A stretch of 64,000 bases of DNA from positions 110,751 to 174,750 of the forward strand of contig CBIHNV010000002.1 in the NCBI GenBank assembly GCA_966211835.1. The letters are read 5' to 3'. The position numbers and the translations under genes are program-made. This document shows positions 20,442-29,282 of the stretch, in pieces; within the stretch, counting starts at the first letter, position 1, and every line of letters starts with the position of its first letter. The notes under the pieces were generated by a model. It worked only from the letters and a program-made list of their open reading frames with translations, ran no database searches and was not told the DNA's origin. Source of the stretch: an uncultured Sphingobium sp. (GTDB taxonomy: Bacteria; Pseudomonadota; Alphaproteobacteria; Sphingomonadales; Sphingomonadaceae).

Positions 20442-21673
20442 CAGCCCTTCTCCGCCGCCCGCCGCGCCTCGACCGCCTGCACCGTGCAATCGACGATGTC
20501 CGCCATGTCCTTGCAGATGCGGCTACGCGCCTTCAATTCCTGGATGAGCAGGCCCTGATCCAGCGCAGAGCTGACCAGCGGGAAATCATTCGCGATGCTC
20601 AAGGTCACAGGATGGTCCAGCGCCGCCGCCGCATCCTCCAGCCCGATCGCGCGGAACAGCTTTTTTTCCACCCGGTTGGCGATCACATGAATGCGCGCCG
20701 GATCGATATCCTGGTCGCGCAGCAAAGCGATCTGCCGCCGCGCCTGGCGCAGGCTTGCGATGGTCAGTTCGCACACGAGGAAGATAACCTCAGACCGCGC
20801 CACCAGCGACATCGACCAATTGGTCCAGTTGCCCGGCAGGTCGAGATAGACTGTGTCGAAGTTCCGCTGCGCCAGTTCGACCACGCGAAACACCTGATCC
20901 GCGTTGATCGCCTCCAACGGCATAATCTCCGTCGGCGCGGTAACGACACGCAACCCGGTGGGCGTCTTCACTGTAACGGAGCCTAGCAGTTCAGCATCAA
21001 CCCGGTTCCCACCCTGCAACAGGTCCGCCAGGGTCAGCGGCGACGTAATATTCAGGAAAGTCCCGGCATTGCCGAACTGAACGTCAAAATCGAACAGGCA
21101 GACCCGCTCGCCCGCTTGGCCCGCGGTCCGCGCATGCAAGCTCGCCGCCTGCGTCGCAATAGTCGTTGCGCCCACGCCGCCGACGCTCTTGATGATCGAA
21201 ACCAGCGCGCCAGTCTTGACCTCGCGCCCGACCTTGGCGGTGATCTCCGTCCGAAGATGATCGATCGTCGCCGACAATTCACTCGCCTGCAGCGGCAACG
21301 CCACCACATCATTGATCCCACTCCGCAACAACGCGCGCACCAGCGGTATCTCCGCATTACGCACCGCCGCCACCACCAGCAAAGCCGGATTAGCCGCCCG
21401 CAAAGCCGACAACCGCCGCATGGACGCGTCGTCATCCGGCTGCACCTCCAGGATGACAGCCTTCGCCTCCGCAACCAACTGCTGCGGCAAAGGCGCCCCG
21501 GCAGGAAGCATGGAGAGCGTCAACGACTGCCCGCCCAGCCGATCCCCAAGAATGTCGGAAGCCGCTACCTCCTGCTCCGAAAGGATCAGATAAATCCCCT
21601 CATCCCCCACATTGAGGGTCCAACTCTCGGCCGCTTCCGTTGTGTTCACGATGCCCAAGATCTTGTTCCTCAA
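20441..21673 (-). CDS. cpaE: CpaE/TadZ pilus localisation protein (receiver-like plus MinD-like domain)
   Basis: Deviant Walker A KSVGGVGATT, DFDVQFG; directly upstream of cpaF. Confidence 0.82.
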   Translation of the reverse strand: MRNKILGIVNTTEAAESWTLNVGDEGIYLILSEQEVAASDILGDRLGGQSLTLSMLPAGAPLPQQLVAEAKAVILEVQPDDDASMRRLSALRAANPALLVVAAVRNAEIPLVRALLRSGINDVVALPLQASELSATIDHLRTEITAKVGREVKTGALVSIIKSVGGVGATTIATQAASLHARTAGQAGERVCLFDFDVQFGNAGTFLNITSPLTLADLLQGGNRVDAELLGSVTVKTPTGLRVVTAPTEIMPLEAINADQVFRVVELAQRNFDTVYLDLPGNWTNWSMSLVARSEVIFLVCELTIASLRQARRQIALLRDQDIDPARIHVIANRVEKKLFRAIGLEDAAAALDHPVTLSIANDFPLVSSALDQGLLIQELKARSRICKDMADIVDCTVQAVEARRAAEKG

Positions 21674-22287
21674 TTTGACTGCGAGCCCTGGCCGTCTTCA
21701 AAAGTCAGGGAGGACTGGAATGGCGGCAGCGTAATCGCCTGTTTGAAAAGCACAAATGCCGTTGGAGTGAATGTTACATTCTGCAGACTGACAGTGACTA
21801 TGGGCGCCACCGCCAGACTATTGGGATCGCCAGCATAACCTAGGCCTGAATTGGCATAGGTCACCTTTACCTTCGCATTGTCCGCAATGCCTGGGTAGAA
21901 ATACTTCATATAGTTCACCAGCGCCGAAAATGCTGTGCTGTCAGTTGCCTTGAACCCATTTTGCGTACAAGCGCTGCCGGTGCATGCGTTACAATCTGCA
22001 GATGTACATGTTATGCTGCCGAACACGGATGCTGGCACAACTTCGCCGGGTAACACACCACCGTTCGTCACAAAATTATAACTCTGAAGTCCAGATGACA
22101 CCGGTGTTGTCACGACTGCATAACGCACACCCATTTGCGTCGCCTTTTCTGCCTGGTTCCAGGTCCACATCAAACGGCCTACGTCGACGATGCCCAGCAG
22201 AAATATCAACAACAGCGGCAGCACCAATGCGAACTCGGCTGCAGAGCTTGCCCGCTCATCTTTTAGAAGTTGTGCGAGCTTCCTCAT
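21670..22287 (-). CDS. tadE: TadE-like pseudopilin
   Basis: ASSAAEFALVLPLLLIFLLG N-terminal pilin helix; AEKATQMGVRYA. Confidence 0.8.
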   Translation of the reverse strand: MRKLAQLLKDERASSAAEFALVLPLLLIFLLGIVDVGRLMWTWNQAEKATQMGVRYAVVTTPVSSGLQSYNFVTNGGVLPGEVVPASVFGSITCTSADCNACTGSACTQNGFKATDSTAFSALVNYMKYFYPGIADNAKVKVTYANSGLGYAGDPNSLAVAPIVTVSLQNVTFTPTAFVLFKQAITLPPFQSSLTFEDGQGSQSN

Positions 22288-22805
22288 ATTCCCACCACGG
22301 CCGCTTCCGATTCCGCGTTCAGGCTAAGAGACGTATTGGCCAGGCCTACGCGGGCAAATAGTGACGGATAATTTACCGCAGCTCGAACAGTAACGACCGG
22401 AATATCGCCTGGCATGCCGCCGGAATAAATGCCGGTATAGGTGCTTGGAGAAACGCACTTCACCGTCACGAAGACTGTATTGGTATTGCTTGTCCAGTAG
22501 GACAGGCGCGGGGAGGCGCTCGCGTCGATACTGCCCGTCCGCGTGACGTTCTTGATTTCGGTTTCACCACCAGTGATGCTGCCGCTCGCCGACCCGCTGG
22601 GACAGCTATAGTTGGTGATGGGAATTCTTGTGGCATAGCGCGCACCGTCACGTACCGCCTTCGCCAGAGCATGTTCGCTCAGGAAATAATTGCCCAGTTC
22701 GAACGATCCGAACATCAAGGTGATCAACATCGGTGCCACAAGCGCCATTTCAGCCGCTGCGGCTCCAGCCTGCTCTGTCCGGATCCGGGTGAAAAGCTGT
22801 CTCAT
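22284..22805 (-). CDS. TadE/TadF-like pseudopilin
   Basis: G|AAAAEMALVAPMLITLMFG; AVRDGARYA. Confidence 0.8.
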   Translation of the reverse strand: MRQLFTRIRTEQAGAAAAEMALVAPMLITLMFGSFELGNYFLSEHALAKAVRDGARYATRIPITNYSCPSGSASGSITGGETEIKNVTRTGSIDASASPRLSYWTSNTNTVFVTVKCVSPSTYTGIYSGGMPGDIPVVTVRAAVNYPSLFARVGLANTSLSLNAESEAAVVGI

Positions 22806-24445
22806 TTGATCAAATATGGCTTGTTGCGGGAGTAATATTGGAACGCGTTGCCACCACCAGGTTTCGTCGCAGGACCGATGATCTCGACATAGATCTGGTC
22901 GGCACTGGTACGGGTACGGGCGAGCGAAGGTTCGATAAGAAACAGGTCGATCCAGCTCTTTACCTTTATCGCCGTGGACCCCTTGACCCCTCCCGCAACA
23001 CAGTCGACAACTGCCGCGGTAATGACGCGCCGATCTTTCTGCGTCGTGGATTCACCCACACCCGCAGCGCATTGTGGCGAGCCATAAGAATAATAGCTGC
23101 CTGATGCGATGGATCGCGAGTCCAGCATGCCTGCCGTTGCAAGCTCCCAACGGTAAACGTCATACCTCGTCAGCCGCGTGCTATTGGTTCGTCCAGTCCA
23201 CGCCTGGGCGGCGCTCAATGATCCCGGGTGATTCACCTGAAAATACAAGTCGCGCGCCCAGTTGCCGTCACCGAAGCGGGCTGCCTGTCCTCCATTATAG
23301 CTGGTACAGTCTCCCGTGCTGCTCACCGCATGACAGATGTCGCGGGGGAAGCCCATATTGTCGGGAGAGCTTCCAACCTGCGCTCTGGTACTGGCTGAAG
23401 GCAAATATTGGACGGATGGTAGCACCCAAGGGTCGGTGCCATTGGCGAAGCCACAATTGGGCCCACCGCCACCGCCACCGCCATTGCTACCGCCGCTGCC
23501 GTTTCCATTACCGTTCCCGCCGGCATTGCCGTTGCTTCCTCCATTGCCGTTCCCGTTGCCCGTTCCCGTCGAAAAGGGAACATGGATGACGTCCTTGCGA
23601 ACGTTGAGGGCAGGACTGCAATTCCCAGTGGAAGCACTGCAATAATTCGTCAGGCCGTTCCCGTAGATGTCAAAGCGCGTATTGATCGCGTCTGGTACGG
23701 ACGCCGTATTGCCAGGCTTGGTCGCTATGCTGTCGCTGCTCAGGCAATTTTCGATATCGCTGTTTGCGCCTAGCGCCTGTTCCAAAGAACTCGCGCCGCT
23801 ACCAAAATCCAGATAGCCGTAATTGCCTGGTGTCCAGGTTGTGCCACCGCCAGCCTCCAGCAGCAGGCCTTTTCCATTATCCGCAGCAGTTGGAAACGCT
23901 CCCCCTCCCGTCTCCGCAGGATTACAGATCATCACCGGCGGCACTTTGCAAATTGCACTGCCCATTCCGGCAACTGCTTGAGCTCCGAGATTGCCGGACC
24001 TGAACGCCCTCACAATGGGGGTCAGCGCGTATACTGCCTCACGCGAGCCAACAGCGACCTGGACGAATTTTGCTTTTGTGTCGTCGGTTGTCACCGTGCC
24101 CGGCACATCCGTGGACGAATTGTAGCTTTCATAAAATGTCAGCGTGGGGACAGTGATGCTCATCCCGCTCGCATTGCCATCATTGGCAAAGCGCGTCTTG
24201 TTCAGGATCATATTCTGCGCAGCGCTAGTGGCCCGCGAAACGGCATTGGCCTTCCCATCCAATTGCGTTGCCGCCGCGAGCGCAGCCTGATCGGCCGCCG
24301 TTTGCAACTCCGTATCCAGCCCCGCCATCCGCGCATAATCAAACGCGATACCACCCGCCGCGATCAACCCAAACAGCGACAGGGCTACCGTCGGTGCCAC
24401 CGCACCGCTGGTTGACCTTAGCAGGCTGTTCCGACGGGCAGACAT
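22802..24445 (-). CDS. tadG: TadG-like pilus tip/anchor protein with Cys-rich body and Gly/Asn linker
   Basis: G|AVAPTVALSLFGLIAAGGIAFD...ELQTAADQAALAAA (Tad N-terminal domain). Confidence 0.8.
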   Translation of the reverse strand: MSARRNSLLRSTSGAVAPTVALSLFGLIAAGGIAFDYARMAGLDTELQTAADQAALAAATQLDGKANAVSRATSAAQNMILNKTRFANDGNASGMSITVPTLTFYESYNSSTDVPGTVTTDDTKAKFVQVAVGSREAVYALTPIVRAFRSGNLGAQAVAGMGSAICKVPPVMICNPAETGGGAFPTAADNGKGLLLEAGGGTTWTPGNYGYLDFGSGASSLEQALGANSDIENCLSSDSIATKPGNTASVPDAINTRFDIYGNGLTNYCSASTGNCSPALNVRKDVIHVPFSTGTGNGNGNGGSNGNAGGNGNGNGSGGSNGGGGGGGPNCGFANGTDPWVLPSVQYLPSASTRAQVGSSPDNMGFPRDICHAVSSTGDCTSYNGGQAARFGDGNWARDLYFQVNHPGSLSAAQAWTGRTNSTRLTRYDVYRWELATAGMLDSRSIASGSYYSYGSPQCAAGVGESTTQKDRRVITAAVVDCVAGGVKGSTAIKVKSWIDLFLIEPSLARTRTSADQIYVEIIGPATKPGGGNAFQYYSRNKPYLIK

Positions 24446-24461
24446 GGATGAAGCCTCCCCC

Positions 24462-24740
24462 TTACCGGCCGCCTGAGCCGCCACCGGAGCCACCACCCGT
24501 GCCGGACGTCGTACTGATGGTCGCCGGCTTCTTCACCTTGTCGGTGCGGTAGCGTTCCACCGCCGCCGCGCTGCGGGTACCCTCGCCGCCTTCGACAAGA
24601 ACGCCCTCATAGCGCGGCTCGGGGTTGATCACCTGCTGGGCATAGTTGCTGCGCACCGCCCCGCCAAAGGTCGGGTCGTTGGCGGTGCATCCCGCCACAG
24701 CCGGAAGCACCAGCATCGCCACTACGGTCAGTCGGCCCAT
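24462..24740 (-). CDS. Small lipoprotein downstream of the secretin gene
   Basis: Lipobox VAGC; Gly/Ser tail; co-oriented within the operon. Confidence 0.7.
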   Translation of the reverse strand: MGRLTVVAMLVLPAVAGCTANDPTFGGAVRSNYAQQVINPEPRYEGVLVEGGEGTRSAAAVERYRTDKVKKPATISTTSGTGGGSGGGSGGR

Positions 24741-24754
24741 GGTCTCCCTCTCCC

Positions 24755-26257
24755 TCATAGCTCATACCCACTCTGCGCCGCACCAGCCGGAGCCGGTGCA
24801 GCCGCCGCCGGAGCAGCAGGAGCCGCAGGCGCCGACCGCTTCTCTGGAGGCATCGCGTCAGGATTGAGCGGATTGATCCCCACCGCCTTGTCCGTCCGCC
24901 CCATCAGGAACAGGTCCAGCTCGTGCGGATTGCCCACCCGGTCGGTCGGCAGGCTCACATCCTCCGCCCGCATTGGCTTAACCAGCCGCGGCGTCACGAT
25001 CATGACCAGCTCGGTCTGCTGCTTCTGGAACCCCGTCGAGCGGAACAGCGCCCCGATGATCGGGATCGATCCCAGCACCGGCAGTTGCCGCACGGTATCC
25101 TGGAAGTCGTTGCGCAGCAGCCCTGCGATCGCAAAGGATTGCCCATCGCGCAGCTCCACGACCGTCTTCGCCCGCCGCGTCAGCAATCCCGGCACCACCA
25201 ATCCATTGATCGTCACCGATGCCGAAGGATCAATCGAACTCACCTCCGGCTCGACCACCAGGTTGATGATCCCATCGCTCAGCACCGTGGGCGTGAAGCC
25301 CAGGCTGACGCCGAACGGCTTGAACTCGACAGTGATGCCATTATTGCCGTTGCCTCCCCCGCCGCCGCCATTCTGCACGACCGGGATCGGGAACTCGCCG
25401 CCCGCCAGGAACGATGCCGTCTCGCCGGAAAGCGCCACCAGCGTCGGTTCGGCCAGCGTCTTCACCAGCCCCTTGCGCTCCAGCGCGTCCAGCGCCGAGA
25501 AGATGTTGAGGCTACCGATCTTGTACGCCCAAGTCCCCACGCCAAAGGCATCGGACAGGCCATCCAGCTTGATCGTCGGCGTCCGCCCGTTGTTCGTCGG
25601 AACGATCGAGCTGGCCGACAGGTCGCCGATGCTGCCCGCCGTCCGGTTGCCGACAAAGCTGTGGTTCAGCCCGATATCCTTCGCCGCCGACCGGTTCACC
25701 TCCGAAAAGCGGACCTCCAGCATCACTTGCTGCGAAGCACCGACCGACAGCATGTTGACGACCTTCTCGTCGCCGCCCGCATAGGTCCGGGCGATCTGCA
25801 CCGCGCGGTCCACCGCCGAAGCACTCGACACCGTCCCCGTCAGCACCACCGCATCGTTGGAGATGCGCGCCCCGATCTGCTCGCCAGGGATCAGCTCCGC
25901 CAACTGCCGCTTCAACGTCACGACATCCGGACCCACCGCGACATCGACGACCGCGATCAGCATGTTGCGGCTGTCATAGAGGGTAAGGCTCGTCGTCCCC
26001 ACCTTCTTGCCCAGCACATAGAGCGAGCGGTTGGTCATCGGCAGGATGTCGGCGACCTCCTGATTACCGACCAGCGCCTTGGAGAATGGCCGATCGACCG
26101 TCAGCACCTGGCTCTTGTTGAGCGGCACGTCCAGCTGACCCGCATGATCCACATTGCTGGCGGTCAGCGAAGCGATCTGGGCCGGAGCGGACGCCGCTCC
26201 GCCGATGGCCAGCGCCGTCCCCAGCGCCAGCATGGACAAGGACCTAGCGTGAACCAT
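24755..26257 (-). CDS. cpaC: Tad secretin CpaC/RcpA
   Basis: QVMLEVRFSEV, SGETASFLAGGEFPIP, TELVMIVTPRLV. Confidence 0.92.
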   Translation of the reverse strand: MVHARSLSMLALGTALAIGGAASAPAQIASLTASNVDHAGQLDVPLNKSQVLTVDRPFSKALVGNQEVADILPMTNRSLYVLGKKVGTTSLTLYDSRNMLIAVVDVAVGPDVVTLKRQLAELIPGEQIGARISNDAVVLTGTVSSASAVDRAVQIARTYAGGDEKVVNMLSVGASQQVMLEVRFSEVNRSAAKDIGLNHSFVGNRTAGSIGDLSASSIVPTNNGRTPTIKLDGLSDAFGVGTWAYKIGSLNIFSALDALERKGLVKTLAEPTLVALSGETASFLAGGEFPIPVVQNGGGGGGNGNNGITVEFKPFGVSLGFTPTVLSDGIINLVVEPEVSSIDPSASVTINGLVVPGLLTRRAKTVVELRDGQSFAIAGLLRNDFQDTVRQLPVLGSIPIIGALFRSTGFQKQQTELVMIVTPRLVKPMRAEDVSLPTDRVGNPHELDLFLMGRTDKAVGINPLNPDAMPPEKRSAPAAPAAPAAAAPAPAGAAQSGYEL

Positions 26258-27173
26258 AGCGCTTCACCTCATAGCTGGTGCCGGTCGTGCCGCGCACGAT
26301 CTCAACCGATGCGGTCGCGGGCAGAGCGGAGATATTTTTCGGGACGCTGCGCCGTGGCGCACGCATCATCGGCATCGGAGCTGGGCCAAAGCCAGCCTCC
26401 GCGATCCGGGCACGCGGCCCTGCGAAACCTCCGACATAAGCGCCGTCGCGCAGATCCTCGATCCCCACCGTCTGCACGGCGGCGTTCGGCTGATCCGTCA
26501 CATTGCGCAGCACCAGCGTCAGCTGGCCGACCTGCTGGCCCAGGACCAGCTTCTGCGCATCGACCTGATTGACCTCGAGCGTCGCGGTCTTGCCGATCGC
26601 CGGGTCTTTCGAGCTGTCATTGGCATTCTGGTCGATCGCGATCACACGGATATTCTGCAACAGCACGTCGGTGATCTGCTGGCTCGCGCCGCCCATCGCT
26701 TCCTGTGCGGTCCGGGTCACGAAAACATCGACCGTATCACCCGGCAGCACAAAGCCGCCAGCCGCCGCCACGTCGCTCACGCGAACCGCGACCGCACGCA
26801 TTTCAGGCCGCAGCACACCGGACATGGTGGCGCGGCCTCCTTCTGCGGACAGCTTGGACGTCAGGATCGGCTCGCCCGGCTCGATCTGGCGCAGCACCAC
26901 GCGCTGCTTGCCAAGGGAGGTGAGCTGGATCGGATCGCGAAAAGCGCCCGGCGGCAAGGAAGCCGCAGGCCAATCGACCACGCGGATTTTTTCCGGCGTC
27001 ACCGCCGTGCCAAAAGCCAGCGGCATGGAGGCGACGACGACCTTCGCCATCCCCCCCTGCGGAGTAGTCTGCGCCTGCTCGGCCTTGCTCAAATAGCTAT
27101 TGGCGACGAATACCGCCGCCAAGCCCAGCAAGATCGCGAAGCCAAGAATGATGAGAGATCTGCGCTGCCCCAC
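26244..27173 (-). CDS. cpaB: Flp pilus assembly protein CpaB/RcpC
   Basis: SAF domain; MRAVAVRVSDVAAAGGFVLPGDTVDV. Confidence 0.92.
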   Translation of the reverse strand: MGQRRSLIILGFAILLGLAAVFVANSYLSKAEQAQTTPQGGMAKVVVASMPLAFGTAVTPEKIRVVDWPAASLPPGAFRDPIQLTSLGKQRVVLRQIEPGEPILTSKLSAEGGRATMSGVLRPEMRAVAVRVSDVAAAGGFVLPGDTVDVFVTRTAQEAMGGASQQITDVLLQNIRVIAIDQNANDSSKDPAIGKTATLEVNQVDAQKLVLGQQVGQLTLVLRNVTDQPNAAVQTVGIEDLRDGAYVGGFAGPRARIAEAGFGPAPMPMMRAPRRSVPKNISALPATASVEIVRGTTGTSYEVKRYGSR

Positions 27174-27206
27174 GACTGCTCCCCCCGGAGTTGAATATTT
27201 AGTAAC

Positions 27207-27231
27207 AGTCGGCCGGCGAGGCCGGCCGACT
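27207..27231 (-). terminator. 11-bp hairpin between the flp pilins and cpaB
   Basis: AGTCGGCCGGC-GAG-GCCGGCCGACT. Weak U-tract, so it may be a leaky terminator or mRNA stabiliser. Confidence 0.6.
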
Positions 27232-27245
27232 TAAACCGAAATCTA

Positions 27246-27431
27246 TTAGCAAGCCGTATTAGTCGGAGTCCGGGTGATACAGTTGCCAGCTTTATTCATT
27301 GCGCCACTGATTGACGTACCGAGAGTGTAAGCGGCAACCGCGATACCCGATCCTACAATAGCGAGGATGAGAGCGTACTCCGCGGCTGAAGCGCCACTTT
27401 CATCGATAATGAGTTTTTTGAAGAAAGTCAT
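27246..27431 (-). CDS. flp: Flp family type IVb/c pilin, second copy
   Basis: SG|ASAAEYALILAIVG Flp motif. Confidence 0.92.
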   Translation of the reverse strand: MTFFKKLIIDESGASAAEYALILAIVGSGIAVAAYTLGTSISGAMNKAGNCITRTPTNTAC

Positions 27432-27456
27432 GTTAAGCCCCTACGATTTGATGTTG

Positions 27457-27639
27457 TTAACAGTTGCTGCCATTCCCAGTCGTAATGCAATTTGACGCTC
27501 TATTCATCGCATTACTGATGGAAGTTCCCAGAGTGTACGAAGCGATTGCGATGCCTGAGCCCACAATTGCTAGGATCAACGCATATTCGGCCGCCGAAGC
27601 GCCGCTCTGGTCGCACCAGAGTGTTTTGAAAAAAGTCAT
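27457..27639 (-). CDS. flp: Flp family type IVb/c pilin, first copy
   Basis: MTFFKTLWCDQSG|ASAAEYALIL; AGGGGG RBS. The true start is internal to the track ORF. Confidence 0.92.
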   Translation of the reverse strand: MTFFKTLWCDQSGASAAEYALILAIVGSGIAIASYTLGTSISNAMNRASNCITTGNGSNC

Positions 27640-27780
27640 GTCTCTTTCACCCCCTACTGCGCCGAAAGCATTTCGGCTGCTCTTGCACAGTTCTGCGGAG
27701 GGGCCTTTGCCACCTGGCGACCCTAGCGTTGGTTCTCCCACTCGCCAGGCAGTTGGGCAGTTCCCGTAGAACTTGACCTC

Positions 27781-27808
27781 AAAATGAACCAATGAAGGGG
27801 CAAGTCAA
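27781..27808 (-). promoter_or_regulatory. Candidate sigma70-type promoter of the flp/tad operon
   Basis: TTGACT-N16-CATTTT at the edge of an AT-rich tract. Confidence 0.4.
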
Positions 27809-28111
27809 CATGGTAAAAATATTCTTTATTTATCAGCTAGTTAGGGAGATTTTTTATTAACCAATTCTGTTTTCCTTGCGGCATGCTCCAAGTAAAAATG
27901 CAGTATTACCTTATATATCCTTGGTTATATACCATTGGAGAATTTCATATATACTTGAAAATAATCCATGACTTCTATTCGTTCGTTGATAGACAACAAC
28001 GAAACTGACCATGTAAATAGAGACTTTATTGATACATGGCGATAATATTACGATCAGCTATCGTGCATAATTAACGATATATATCTCCCATACCTCATTC
28101 GGCTTTGGTAT

Positions 28112-28126
28112 TTAATTCACGTTAAA
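28112..28126. promoter_or_regulatory. CtrA-like site upstream of flp
   Basis: TTAA-N7-TAAA, one mismatch to TTAA-N7-TTAA. Confidence 0.4.
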
Positions 28127-28326
28127 ACGCTTCCGAATGATGCCGATCCGTCCACCTCGTCGCAGTCGCGGAAATGCTCTGATGTAAAGGCAGCGGGTCA
28201 CGCCTCGGCGCGAATCAGCAACAATCGGACGCGCTCCAACACGCGAATCACTCTGCAGTTTTTTGTAGTCCAACGGTGGCCGGTCAGCCTGCCGCTGTAG
28301 GATCAGCCCGGCCTAGCTCAATCTGC

Positions 28327-29109
28327 TCAGGCGCTTACCCTGTTGCGAAAAGTGATGTTCACCCGCTCCGACAGCAACAGGTAAGGCAACCAGAGCGCTG
28401 CGCTGATGAGAACCTTCTTCACATTGCCGTTCAACAGATCGGCCAACGCCACCTGCACGGCATCAGGCACATCCCCGATGCGCGCCACCAGTTGCGCAAT
28501 GCCCAACTGCGCCATCAGGTCCACGCCCCACACCATCACCAGAAAACGGGGGAACAGCGGCACCACGCGCAACGCCATGGCAAAGGCGAACATGTATAGG
28601 CATGACAGGGCCACCACGTCCGCCAGCATCACCGCATACAGGCCGACGAACCAGCCCGGCGCATAGCTGCCCAATGCAGGCACCGCGCTCAAAAACTCCA
28701 ACGTCCGCACCGGCACATTAAGCGCGATACCCAGCAACAGCGACGCCATCACGCCGTAAAGCCCGAACTGCGACATTTCGCGCGCCTTCAGGCAATCGAC
28801 CTTGCGCCACCGCCCCAACTGCGCCAGCCGCAGGCTGGGCTGCGCATGCAGTCGCCCCGCCGGGAACAGCTTCAACCCCAGCAACAACGTCCCCACAGGC
28901 GCGCCGATGACGAGCAGATAGGGCATCAGCCCCACTCCGCTTGCCCAGGGAGCGCTGGCATAAGGTGTTGCGGGAAACGCCAGCCGTAGACCGCAGGCAA
29001 AGGCAGCGATCAGGACCCAGGCGGCGACAATGCGCTGCAAATTGAGTTGCAATGACAGCACCAGCGCCACGCTTCTACGGTAGAGGTGATCCTGAACCAA
29101 TCGCACCAT
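28327..29109 (-). CDS. Multi-pass membrane protein, DUF2569-like
   Basis: Several TM helices; C-terminal LWLPYLLLSERVNITFR resembles the DUF2569 W.PY...S.RV..TF motif. Confidence 0.6.
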   Translation of the reverse strand: MVRLVQDHLYRRSVALVLSLQLNLQRIVAAWVLIAAFACGLRLAFPATPYASAPWASGVGLMPYLLVIGAPVGTLLLGLKLFPAGRLHAQPSLRLAQLGRWRKVDCLKAREMSQFGLYGVMASLLLGIALNVPVRTLEFLSAVPALGSYAPGWFVGLYAVMLADVVALSCLYMFAFAMALRVVPLFPRFLVMVWGVDLMAQLGIAQLVARIGDVPDAVQVALADLLNGNVKKVLISAALWLPYLLLSERVNITFRNRVSA

Positions 29110-29166
29110 GGAAACCGGGCCTCCACACTCCGCAATATCGGAAGCGCCACCTATCGATCATACTGG

Positions 29167-29181
29167 TTAATCCCCGGTAAA
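29167..29181 (-). promoter_or_regulatory. CtrA-like site upstream of the DUF2569 gene
   Basis: Minus strand TTTA-N7-TTAAC, about 60 nt upstream of the ATG. Confidence 0.45.
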
Positions 29182-29282
29182 ACGCCGCGTCCGGCGAAAG
29201 TCTCCCTCAATCACCCTATCACGATGGGGAATGATCGAAGAAAGGCGCATGACCCCAGCCCACGAATGCGGCCCCCGCATGT

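Noticed and set aside
20441-21673. Broken Walker A in CpaE as pseudogenisation
   Set aside because: A degenerate P-loop is normal for the CpaE/TadZ family.
27640-27780. c-di-GMP or glycine riboswitch in the flp leader
   Set aside because: Only short fragments (GGCAAA, GGAGA) match; the conserved cores and stems could not be built by eye. A cmscan against Rfam would settle it.
27810-28140. AT-rich tracts here and at 30960-31100 as foreign gene remnants
   Set aside because: No coherent ORF or IS ends; better explained as regulatory DNA.
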